This document shows, piece by piece, positions 45,398 through 57,100 of a stretch of 64,000 nucleotides of DNA. The DNA comes from Lingula anatina. Lineage: Eukaryota; Animalia; Brachiopoda. Position 1 is the stretch's first letter; each line of letters opens with the position of its first letter. The notes under the pieces are model-generated. The model saw only the letters and a program-made list of their open reading frames with translations, did not search any database and was not told the DNA's origin. The stretch is from assembly GCA_051362555.1 (NCBI GenBank), contig CM120649.1:19606567-19670566 (forward strand), given 5' to 3'. The translations under genes were made by a program, and so were the position numbers.

Positions 45398-47270
45398 GGG
45401 GAGAGCGGGGTGGGTTGGAACGCGGGTAAGTTGGAACATTGGCTTTATTTCTTAAACCACAAGACCGATCATGTGCTCCTTCAGCATAAAAATGTCACTT
45501 GGTATGGCCATTCATCCGGTAAACTTTTGGAAGTTTCGAAAATGCAGAAAAAGTTTTATGCGAAAAAAACTCATTTTCGCTACTCGAAGTAAGTTTTCAT
45601 ATTTTTGACTCTCATCGTGCTGTAAACCAAAGTATAAGGATTATATCACTGAAATTGTGCATAGCGCTTAGGACCACCTTTATGTTCAAAAAGCTGTAGT
45701 TTATTTTAATCACCTCCCACGTGTTAAAGAAGTACAGTGTCATAAGTAGGCCATGACGTCATGGGGGTTGGTCGGAACATTTGACATGGGGCCAGTTGAA
45801 ACACTGTCAGGAGTGTTCCAACCCACCCCGCACGGTGCTTTTCATTTTTTTATCCTTCTAAATGTTTTATTTTCAACTTTAAAGATAGTAGTAATGTAGT
45901 AACCCAGTACAACTCCAACTGGAGACGAAATCCAGCTGGTAGAACATCTCCAAGATGCCGGAATGTACCGGTACATGCTTGTAGAAAATACAAGGGGGGA
46001 TGGTCACTGCTTGTTAAATGCAGTTGCTACCTGTTTGGTCGAAAGGGGTCTGCATGCCAGAAGTGATAGAAGTGGAAGAAAATGTCGATTATTACTCTGC
46101 ATTTCGCGGTAAAATGAAAATATTCTAGCTGAGAGCCTACGTTATGGATAAACTATACAACACCAATTCTGCCAATTGTTTTAAATGCTTTGTGTTATGG
46201 ATTGGGGATTGCTGTTAATGTTTAGTGAACGAGGGTACAAAATCCGCCAGAAAAGACAAACATTCACCTCGTAACTTAGGCAAAGTTTCAGCTGAAATCT
46301 TAGTTGCCCTCACCGGAAGAGGTGCTACAGCACACTATAGCGCACTTAAGAAAACCCCAAAACAGCTCAAGTCCAGCAATAATTGGGGTCACCGTCGCAG
46401 CCCAAAGATTAAAAGAAGAAAACGATGCAGTGCAGTTCTAACTGACACACCTGAAAAAGAGCTACTCGAAAATGAAAATACCAAGCCCAACAAAATTAAA
46501 AAGGAGAAGTGCAACAAAAATAAAAAAACAGTTAGATATTTCTAGTCGATAGAGAAAATCAAGAAAAAGGAAATTAAAAATGATCAGTGATTCTGAGTCA
46601 GAATTAGAAGAGAAATGGGTGAAATGCATTGTTTGTCTAAAGTGGTCACATGAAGACTGTACTAATTAAGTGTGACCGAGTGTGCATATGTCAGAAATGC
46701 GATTTTGATTCTGAGGTCTAGTTGAAAGAGATACAGTTTTCATTTGCAGGTCTAACATACTGTTGTTGATAGGTTATGTGATATTCAATTTCTTTTCTCT
46801 TAAACTACACCACTTTTGTTATCATTATGAAATGAAGTGTAACTGGATATGGTTTATATATCGAAAAGACTATTTGAAAGCTAATTGTAAACCTAAAAAA
46901 TGCTTACAAACTATGGAGATACGAATACAATGTAATACGTTCTTGTTGGGAAATTAATATAGATAAACCTACTCTTAAAATGAATTATACTTTGAATTTA
47001 TATGCAAGCGTTCCAACTCGCCCTCTTGTTCCAACTCACCCCACTGACTGTTCCAACTTACCCCGCGGTTGGGGTGAGATGGAACGTTTTAAGAGGCAAC
47101 TTTGAGTATTTATTACTCTAAAATAAAAACACCTACTTGATGTTTTATTTCATAGATGAGTGCGGCATATAATTATCTCCTATCAGTGTTTTTATTTTTG
47201 TCCCCAAAGCTTTGACTGCTGAGATATCGCAAAAAAGGTGAAAAGTGTTCCAACCAACCCCGCTCTCCCC
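45398..47270 (+). mobile_element. Decayed pogo/Tc1-mariner-like TIR element (1.87 kb) with OTU-like and PHD-like coding remnants
   Basis: TIR GGGGAGAGCGGGGTGGGTTGGAAC ... GTTCCAACCAACCCCGCTCTCCCC inside TA runs; subterminal GTTGGAAC/GTTCCAAC repeats. Remnants: KRRKRCSAVLTDTPEKELLE and WVKCIVCLKWSHEDCT (pogo-type C-terminus), and TRGDGHCLLNAVA. Confidence 0.82.
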
Positions 47271-47356
<86 letters not shown>

Positions 47357-47670
47357 TTCAATTACACAGTGTTGTTACTTCTACTACGGTTACATAAACA
47401 TTTATTTTTTGCTTTGATAATGACATGGAGTTTGATCCTCGTTTTTAGACCTCTTGGATCTGCGGCTATCTTAGTGAGAGGCGTAATACCGCTCCCCATT
47501 TCTGAATCACAGCGGATTTCTCGGAAACTCGCGCATGCGCAATGACTGTTTTGATTCATTCAGGAGTGTCAAATGAAAATAACGCACGCCGCGTGACTTG
47601 ATGACTCTTAAATATTGCTGACAGGATTAGATGTGCGTTCTTCTTTAGCGTTTTAACACCGTGAGGAGCA

Positions 47671-50600
47671 ATGGAGTTGAGTTCCGCTGTTATTTTACTT
47701 TGTCTTGTTGACGCTACACTTGGAATTCGTGAGTAAGTAGGCCTACTGCACTCTGTCATTTATTACTGAAAATATTCTTTTTTTACAAAACGAGGGACAT
47801 AATGTTAACATCCTTAATTAGCATTTACCTAAATTTTGTTTAACGTAGGTTTGTTTGGCATACTAGTTAAGGTACAGCTGCGACACTTGTGGGTCCTACT
47901 GATTGCCATAAACACTTTTAACTCAAAAGCTCTATCAAGCCCAAGCCCACTGTTGCCCATTTCTCATTCACACAAACCACAGTGATGGTCTTAGATAAGG
48001 GCAGTCGCTGAGTTGATTCGTAAATATCTAAGTATGGAGTTGTCAGGAGATAAAGCCAGGCATGCCAGCCTTCATTGTACGTGTTTATACTGATTCATTA
48101 ACCATATCAGCCACTTGGATGGATTAAAAGAAGTAAAGATAGTTCACAATGTTAAAGCGACAGTTTTAGCACAACATTTTTTTAGGAATATACCTTCATA
48201 TTATTGTGTGAAATTTTGAATAGTCTTAGAGCTCCAGGAGTTAAAAAAAAAAAAACACAAATAATATCGACTGGAAAATTTATGGGAAAAACCGTATGGT
48301 AAATGCATTCTTTATTATAACTGTTATCATTGTTATTATTGGTGAACCATTTTTGGATTTAAACTATAACATTTAGCAAAAGGTGCAGTGGAAACATTCC
48401 ACTAGAATGCCTAACTTGCATCATTTTCAATTCAGGGTAAAACCGGCCCACGAAACGCACGTTGTGAAAGCCAAGATAAATAAGCTTGATGAAAATCATT
48501 ATCAGTTTTACACGCCTAGCTTCACTATAATAATAATATGGTGTCTCTGCTTTTACATGTTTCAAAATGGGTTCATCGTGAATATAAGAAAGTTGAATTT
48601 CCCTCGTGAAGAAATATAATTATCATGTTGAAGCGTTTCAGAATGCAATTTTGTCATATAATGTCCAGTTCATAAAACGTTACTTTGAAACTTTTCATCG
48701 AATAAGCAGGACGACAGCTGCTTACAACAAAATTGCCCATAGTTCATTTTAACGTATTCTAGTTTGAAAAGAACACTACACGGGTATAATGGTGAACTGT
48801 TAGGTAGCGTGTTGGGATAGATAGAAACTCCTTTTGAACTCGGCTGGCTTTTAGTTTTCAGTTTGTAGTGGATTAGCCAATAAGCAGATAAGCCGATAAG
48901 CCGGTCACTAAAATTTAAAAACAATATAACAAATACAAATAAAGTTTAAAACAATAATTCTCATAAATTCATAAATTAAAGCAAACTTAGACACTTACTT
49001 AATTGTGGAGTCTATAAAGTCATAGCAGGAGAGCCATGTCCTTCTTCTTTCAGAGTCAAGTAGCAGTGTGTGATGTGCAGTAGATGTGGTCTTATGTTTC
49101 ACATGAGTGAGTGAACACATTTGCATGACTGATAAAGTGAACAGTTATCAGTATCTTGTAGAAATCCCAGAACAGGTAGAGATGATGTCTGCCATTCAAA
49201 ATCAGTTGTTTTTTTTTTAGTATCAAACCTAGGAATGTACAGGCCACATCACAGTCCAAGTGTTCAGTAACATCCACCCTCCTGGACATCCTGAAGAACG
49301 GCCTGAATGACCTGAAGCAGGACAATAAAAAGTTGGAAAGCAGATTCGATGATCTGGTGGACAAATATGCTAAGCTTCTACAGGCGACAACAACTTTACA
49401 GGTCAAATTTGCAAACTTCACCGCAGAAAATCAAGGCGGTGGGTTGCATTTTGTACAGCAATTAAATTCAATATTGCATATAAATAACATTTATATTTAT
49501 GTAAACTTTTGCAGCCGTCTTTTAGAAAATAAATGTCCTCTTTTAGAAATAACTCTATTCACTGAAATGGCGTAGGAATATGACGGAGATAGTATGAATT
49601 TAACGGAATGTGTCTCTTCTTCTTACAGCAGCTGGCCGGGACTGCGCTGAATTGTACATGAAAGGCGTGAAGTTGAACGGGGTGTATACCATAACACCAG
49701 ATAACAGCCCGAACGCATTTAACGTCTACTGTGACATGACCACTGACGGAGGAGGATGGACGGTAAGATTTTACTCAATAGCTATAATAAATCAATATAC
49801 TTCAAATGAGAGACAGTAGGCCTACTCTTTTTCAAATATTTTGGTTGATTTTAGACTTTTAGTTTTTTGGTCTCGAAATTTCTTTTGTGTGTGAGATGCA
49901 ATTTAATGAATGTATATGTACATGCATCCCAAACCTTCAGTCTCAAAACACTTATAATTGTCAAAATGATGAATATTTCATATTTACCGTTAAATGTGTC
50001 TTTTCTGCCGTTGAACAATAATGATATATTTTATATTTTTAAGCTGTTCCAGAAGCGCATGGACGGTTCCGTGGATTTCTACCGTGGCTGGCAGTCTTAT
50101 AAGGATGGGTTTGGAAATCTGAATGGAGAACACTGGTTAGGTAATATTCTTACTCTTCATTAAGTATTGTGTTAGGAATGTTGAAGATTGAAAACGAATG
50201 CCATATGAGTGTCAAAATTGCATTGAAAATATCATGATCTGTACCAGTTGTATTCCACCCTACATGCATTCATGAATTACCATAGGAATTAAAATACTAC
50301 AATATACACCTTGAACAATCGTCGCTGCAAAGTTAATACTGTTAATACTGTGTGATTCATGCATCTCAGGGGCGGATCCAGGATTATTTGAAGGGGCGGG
50401 GGGGTCTGCTGATTCGAAGCCGACCCTCCCCTACTTAGAGTGGGGTTCGGGGCCGTTTAAGGACCCCGAAAAATGGTCCTTTAAAGGGCGAATGGTGCCA
50501 TTTGATACGGTTTAGAACTATGATTCTAGTCAAAATTATAATTTCAAGATGGGACCATTGGTGTGATTTTTTTTTCAGAAATTGAAGGGGGGTCAGGACC

Positions 50601-51699
50601 CACCTGACCCCCCCCTCCTCTAAATCCGCCACTGCCTCTTTATATGCCAAAATATGTTGCGCTTTATCGTCATTTTAAAGAAATGTATTTCTCTGCTATT
50701 TGATGAATGGATAAGAGAGTCAATAAGGGGATTAAAACAATAATAACAATCCATTTTTCCACAGGGAATGACTTTATTAATGTCATCACCAACCAAAGAC
50801 GGTACGAGCTGCGTGTTGACTTGGAAGACGCCAATGGCATTAGGCGTTACGCCAATTACGACCACTTCGCTATCGCGTCGGAGAGAGCCAAGTACCAGTT
50901 GACTCTTGGGACTTACTCTGGAAACGCAGGTAGACACTTAACCTCTGTAATTTGTTTTGGAAGTCTTGCTGTAAGCATATTAACCAACAAAGAGGCGATT
51001 TAGAGGATAATGTATATACCTTTACCTATATTGTAACTTTTTTCATGTAATGCACTTGGATCTCTATTCTTGGTTTCTGTATGAAGAACTTATACATATG
51101 AGAAATCTGCTCAAATTCTGTTTTTAATTTTTTTACGGTTTAAGAGTTTTTATTGGGTACACAACTACATTTGTATAGCCACACGCGTACGTTTAACACA
51201 TCTTTACGTGAACGTGTACCGAGCCAGCCGCACGCACTTCGGCATTCATCGCAAGCAAAAGTTTCACTGGGCCAGCCATGTACTGTGTGCGATCTTATGT
51301 AGGGGCTGATAATCGAATGTACGTTACTCAGCCACGGTGGTCTTGTTTGAAAAGAGTTCACACAATATTTCAAATACCATTCTTTTTATTGTGATTTTTA
51401 ATTTGAATTTTATGAATTTAGGGGATTCCCTTAGTCAGCACAAGGGTAATGCTTTCACCACAAAGGACAAAGATAACGATGCAGATGGAGTTAATTGTGC
51501 ACAGAAATTCAAAGGAGCTTGGTGGTATTCCAATTGTCACCATTCCAATCTGAACGGCCTGTACCACCTGGGTGATCACAGCTCGTTTGCTGATGGCGTC
51601 AACTGGTATGCATTTAAAGGATACAAACACTCCCTGAAGACAACGGAGATGAAAGTTCGTCCTGTCGGCTTCAAAGCTGCTTCTAGCAGTAGTGGCTAG
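47671..51699 (+). CDS. Secreted fibrinogen-related (FReD) protein with N-terminal coiled coil (ficolin/angiopoietin-like/MFAP4 class)
   Basis: Exons 47671-47732 (signal peptide [18 protein letters not shown]), 49221-49438 (heptads [22 protein letters not shown]), 49629-49762 (RDC...GVYTI...[13 protein letters not shown]), 50044-50140 ([15 protein letters not shown]...GFG...EHWLG), 50765-50929 and 51422-51699 (FTTKDKDND...NCA...[15 protein letters not shown]). AATAAA near 51772. Confidence 0.92.
50368..50635. mobile_element. CAGGGGCGGAT-type MITE in a FReD intron
   Basis: CAGGGGCGGATCCAGG ... CTAAATCCGCCACTG termini, same terminal type as 18573-18741; flanks CATCT / CCTCT. Confidence 0.65.
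51142..51358 (-). mobile_element. Possible SINE-like insertion in a FReD intron
   Basis: GC-richer island flanked by an AAGAGTT direct repeat. Minus strand starts GACCACCGTGGCTGAGT (A-box-like) and ends AATAAA; the B-box is poor. Confidence 0.3.
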
Positions 51700-53125
51700 G
51701 CAGTGCTCGCATCTTTATCATAAGCAGAACTAATATATTCTCTTGAAGTTATGTAAGAGAAAAAGAAACACAAATAAATTGTTAGGTATTCAGTTTTTGA
51801 ATTTTATTGTTAATTTTAATATATTCTTATTCATTTCATTCATAATTTTGGCCAATGTACGCTTGAGAAAAAAAGAACTACCGGTATCTGTTGATAACAG
51901 TTCAGGTGGACATGTATCATGATATGTAACTTATGGGGTGTCTCAGTCAAAGAGATGTAGATTGGATTTCTTAACATTGTTATAATGAGGAATGACGACA
52001 GCAGTCTGGAGCTTTGAAACGTTTATTCACCGACTCACTCTTTTACAGAATCTACAAGTATTTATATTCTATTTTCCCAAAGAATTTCCCATTGTCATAT
52101 TACAAAACTCTATTCAAAATTTCCTAATTTTAGTAATTTAAATGAGACTTGCTTATTATTTAAAATATTTCCCGAATTACTCATTTTGGATCTTGTCCAA
52201 CTCGAGTATGCATGAGTTTTACGTGTTGTTAAAAACGTGCAAATGGATAGAAAAATTAACCAATAAGATCCAACTATATCTGACTCTGAAATGTTCCACC
52301 CTTTCTTGCTTCGAGAACAGTCTCTACACTCGTTGACACTTTAAGACATTTACATTGCACTCGATAACTTCCTACACATTTAATTCTGTTTTAATTGTTT
52401 TGTAATTGTCGAAAGTGTGCGTCATTTGCTTTACAACATTTTTAACAATTTCTTAACATCACCACATGGCTAACAGATAAGGGACCTAATAAATAGACAA
52501 AATATTAGATTTTTAAAAATTCTCATTTCAATGGGGTGCTGTCCTCTCCTCTGCCTTGACCGGAATTATACCTTTGAAAGCTGAAAGTAGCATTTTAGTC
52601 CACACTTTTCTTTTTAAACTATACATCAGAATGAATTCATTTAACGCGTTTAACCACAAACTTTAATTTTTTACATTCGTTGATTCAACATTTGACCTTT
52701 TTTCTTCTCTGAAAAGTTTGGTCAAAAGGGGAGGGAGGGAGGGTAGATCAATTTTACCCCCTCCCTACCAACCACATTTTTCATGTCTTTTAAGGACTGC
52801 TAATGTATTTTCTGTACTGTCAACCTAACCACAAACATCACCCGAGATTTAAACGCCGTAAAATACCATCTATGTTGTAAACGTACACCGTCAATACATT
52901 ATCTCCTCGCTCTAACAGCAAACTCTTATGGGTAACACGATACCGTTTCCGTAGGTCGTGATGTTGATAAAGATTTCAAAGAATAAAGTTACTTTGTCTT
53001 CAATCAACAGCTTAATATTGAAATAGCTTACCTGCAATATTTCGATGTCTAACAGAGCATCTTCATTGGGGCATGAAGCTATCCAGGTTTTAACATAACA
53101 CAGCTGATGAAATTCTTCTGTGATA

Positions 53126-53304
53126 AATAGACTTGTGAAGATTCTTTTTTTTGTCTATAGCTATTTATATTAGTTTGATCTTACCATCCAATATTTCATC
53201 TGGATACTGGATGGTAAGATCAAACCAAGGAGTTATAACAGATATAACTCCTTGATCAAACTAATATAAATAGCTATAGACAAAAGAATCTTCACAAGTC
53301 TATT
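53126..53304. repeat. Nested triple palindrome between the convergent FReD and CEP295 3' ends
   Basis: Outer near-perfect inverted repeat of about 50 bp; inner GTTTGATCTTACCATCCA / TGGATGGTAAGATCAAAC and CAAGGAGTTATA / TATAACTCCTTG. Confidence 0.85.
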
Positions 53305-54149
53305 ACAATAACATAGCTAATGAAACTGTTCTACACTATTCTGTGATAAAGATTTCATTTGAATACCAAACCCGGGAGACAGTAGAAATTGTTAAATAAC
53401 AAGATGATGACCTTTCCTGGTACCCAATGTAATGCTGGTTTTGTGACTAGTAAGTACGTTTAATGACATTCAAGTAAAACAATCGAATTTCGTGTTGATT
53501 CATACCGGCTCCAATGAAAACCCGTCGCTTCCAAGAAAAGTTAAAAAAAAAAATGACAGCAGAAAGGCATTTGTGTTGAGAGTTTTGAATTTATCAGTGT
53601 TTGCCAGTAACGAAGATGTGCACCAGACTATACCTTTAAATCGACAGGGAAAAATGTAGAATTCTCAGTACAATGTACAGAGAAACCACATAATCTACTA
53701 GGTAAATGAGTCTGTGGTCGGAGTGGTAAACTTTATTCAAGCTTGCATCTGCATGTCAACAAGGAAGAAACGACTACAGTTAAAGAGCAATAGTAACTTT
53801 ATTTTTATTAAACTTTAGTTACTACAAATTCACCTAAAAATGAGTAAGACAAAAATTTCAATTCCAAAAGTTTCGGCCTCATTTTTACCCCTGAAGCCTG
53901 CCCCAGAGGAGCTTTCACGTTCTCTGTGATCACATTCCCTGTTGACCATTTCCCATGAATAGCAAGGACAGGCCTCGGGCAACAGGCCTCCAGCCAACCA
54001 GGTCTCTGATGACTTGCCCTAGGGTTTTGTTTTCTTGTCAGTCATTGTTTCAAACAACGTGGCCTTGAACCCTGACCCTCAGGTTCGGCTGTCTATCAGC
54101 GTCTGCCACGTGTCAGTGACAAGTTTCTGAACACCAGTGCAATAACCTT

Positions 54150-57100
54150 TCACTCTTTGCTGCTGTCGCCTTCTTTTTTCCTTATTTTTGCCAGCGTTTT
54201 CTGCATTGGAAGAAAATTAAATATATTTTGCAATTATTCTTAATCAAAGACAGGATTTAGGATATGCACTTCTTTCTCACTGACAAAAATTAGTAAATTT
54301 GACCAAGAAATCTCACTTCTTACTTTCTGGAATTCTTTGGCTCTTTGTCTGTTAACTCTCCTCTGGTCCTCTCTTTCCTTCTCCGCTTTCTTCTGTTTCA
54401 CCTCTTCCAGTCCTTCATACAGTCTGTCAGTATAAATAACAAACATGAATCATATGCGGTAAACAAATCGGACTAAAAAAATTATTTAAAAAAAAAATTC
54501 AATGGGGAAAACTCATTAAATAAGTGAAAAAGCCAGAGTTCCCAATTAAATGAAAAATGAACCAACCTTCTGTTCCTGTCATACATTGCCTTGACGTCTT
54601 GTTGGCGGTCAGTGGTACTCTTAGTGACCACCTGGACCCTGCCCTCACTGGGCTTTAGGCTCTGGACGGGTGACTGCTGCTTTTCACTGGCTGAAATTAT
54701 GAATAATAATACTAAAACCAGTTATAAAAATAATCATGAAATTAAAAAAAAGAAAAAAAAAAAAATGGGGGAAAATTGTAAATTTTACAGATACTGATTT
54801 TTTAAAGCCATACATTATTAAAATTACAACCTCCCTATTGAGTGGAAGCAACAAAATTGAAAAACTGGCTACTCTATAGTTCTATTTTATGTAGTTAAGG
54901 CACCACAAATGCTACATAGGAATAAATATATATTTAAATTATTACAAAAATATGCTCCTGAAAGACTGATAATTTTTTAAAGATCGAGTCATTACGACTG
55001 TACCTTTAGCACTACGCAATTTCTTCCAGCTTGAGACTGTCTTGGCAAGCTGGGCATTCCTTGCTGCAGTGGGGCCCCCTGTCAGCGCTTTGGCATCTTT
55101 TTTACTCTCGATAGCTTGCAGCCTCTCCTTGGACTTCTGTGCAAAATCTGGCCTCTTTCTGGCAAAGGCTTCCTGTAGCGAAGCCTCTCTGCGGTCTCGG
55201 TTAGTTTCTGCAATGGTAGAAACACATCTTTACATTGAGATGGAATCGAGAGCTTTCACAGAAAACCACATTTCTAGTAGAAATTGACACATAATAACCA
55301 GGAGCCCTTCTATTGAGGGAGACAGAATTTGCTTAAATGCCACTTTGTCATGACATTCAACATGATAATTGAAACAAATTCAATGTTAAAGGGGAAAAGC
55401 ACTGAAGAGGATATGGGGTTTATATTCTGACTTCCCTGCTGAAATCTTGCACAGAAAGTATGAGTGTGTATGATATACATACCTTCCACTGCCCTTATCG
55501 GACAGGATGATGAACCCTCCAACCCAGCTCCACCACCCTCTGCTGGGGGTATAATCTCCAACCCATCTCTTCTTACCCCACCTTGCCCAGGAGTTGCTTC
55601 AGCTGAGGCTATTCTCATCTCATGTTGCTGGAAGGACCGCAGTGAATCCTCCATGCTGAGTGATTGGTCCAGATGCACGGAGGAGTCAGCAGTGGCGGGT
55701 TCAGACACGAGGGACACCAGAGTCAGATCCGGCTCCTCTGATATACCAGTCATCTCCTGAAACCAGAGGATGAGGAAATATTATCCTGCTAAAAAAAAAA
55801 AACTTGTTATCTAGGGTGTGTGTGTGCGTGTGTGTGTGTATGTGAGAGAGAGAGTGTGTTAGCATCCCCTTCTTTCTCAATCCCCATTCCTCAACTCACC
55901 TCCAAGCTATGCCATGCTCCAGGCTTCTCCTGGCCATCCTGTGGATGACTTGACCAGATGGACGTGTCCTGACTGGACGTTACTGACCCTCGTCCATCAT
56001 GCCTCATGTCAGCCAGTAGTTTGTTCTTCAAGAGTCTGGCTTCTTCCACCAGTGCCTCGTACTTCTCTGAAACTCTCCTTTCTGCTGGTGCTTCTTCATC
56101 GGTTCTTCTATCTGTGGAGGCAGAATTCTCTTCTGGGTCAAGGTCACTGGCCTTTTGGTCAAGGTCATCAGTCTCTTCTGTTCCCAACTGTTGTCTGAGT
56201 TGCTGGTTTAACTCTCTTGCCTGCAACAGGAGTTGTTGGTACCTATCATCCATATTTTCCGCTGCAGATGATCTTTCTGACTTAGAAAAGACGTTCCATT
56301 GGTCACTCCTGCCGTCAACAGCTGTCATAGTATTAACCTGTGATGGCTCCAATGAGACTGAAGTAGGAGGACATGTTTCAGTAAAGAGTTCCCTCACACC
56401 TTGCTCAATATTGCTGTTGTTGTTATTAGAACTTAAATCTCTCTGTTCCTGGGTACCAATGATCAAAGCCCCTGGTGAATACCCTTCCTGCAGTAGTAGC
56501 AGTTCGGACTGACTTGGTATCACACTGACAGGTTCAGCTTCCCTTCTGTGTTCTCCAGCTGTGGTGAACTGGTCAGTATCGTCCATGCCGGTCAAGGAAT
56601 GCTGGCTGAGGGAACGGTGGCTAAAGTCACTGACCATAGTGGACATGGACTGCTCTGGCAGTGAGACGGTTCTAAGAGGAAGCATAGCTCCTCTTGGTGA
56701 GGTGAAACTTCTGTTGCCCTCTGGTGGATACAAATCACTGTCTCCACCTGGTGACCAAACAATGCCTCTGGAACTTTGCCCAATCTCTTCGAACTCTGCA
56801 TGTACTGGGCTTAAACTGCCAAAGCCTGTATTCTGCTGCTGTAGCTGTGTCCAGTCCACAGTCTGTGGTTCTGGCTCACTGTGCACTCTGTGACCTGGGG
56901 TGTGACTTCCTGCGGCAGGACTGGGATCGTCTTGCATGTACACTGACGGCTCCTCTTGGAAGCCTGACAATGGGTACTGACTTGCCTCTGATATGTCACT
57001 GGTCAGAGGATGCTGGCTGACATCGCTGAGGAAAGATGCATTTTTACCACCTGGTTTTCCCATTCCCTGTGTCCCATGCAATACCAAGTTGTCCTTGGTG

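Noticed and set aside
48430-49110. Possible extra FReD exons after acceptor-like sites near 48435 and 49052
   Set aside because: Compatible frames hit stops or lack a donor; exon 1 joins 49221 in frame without them.
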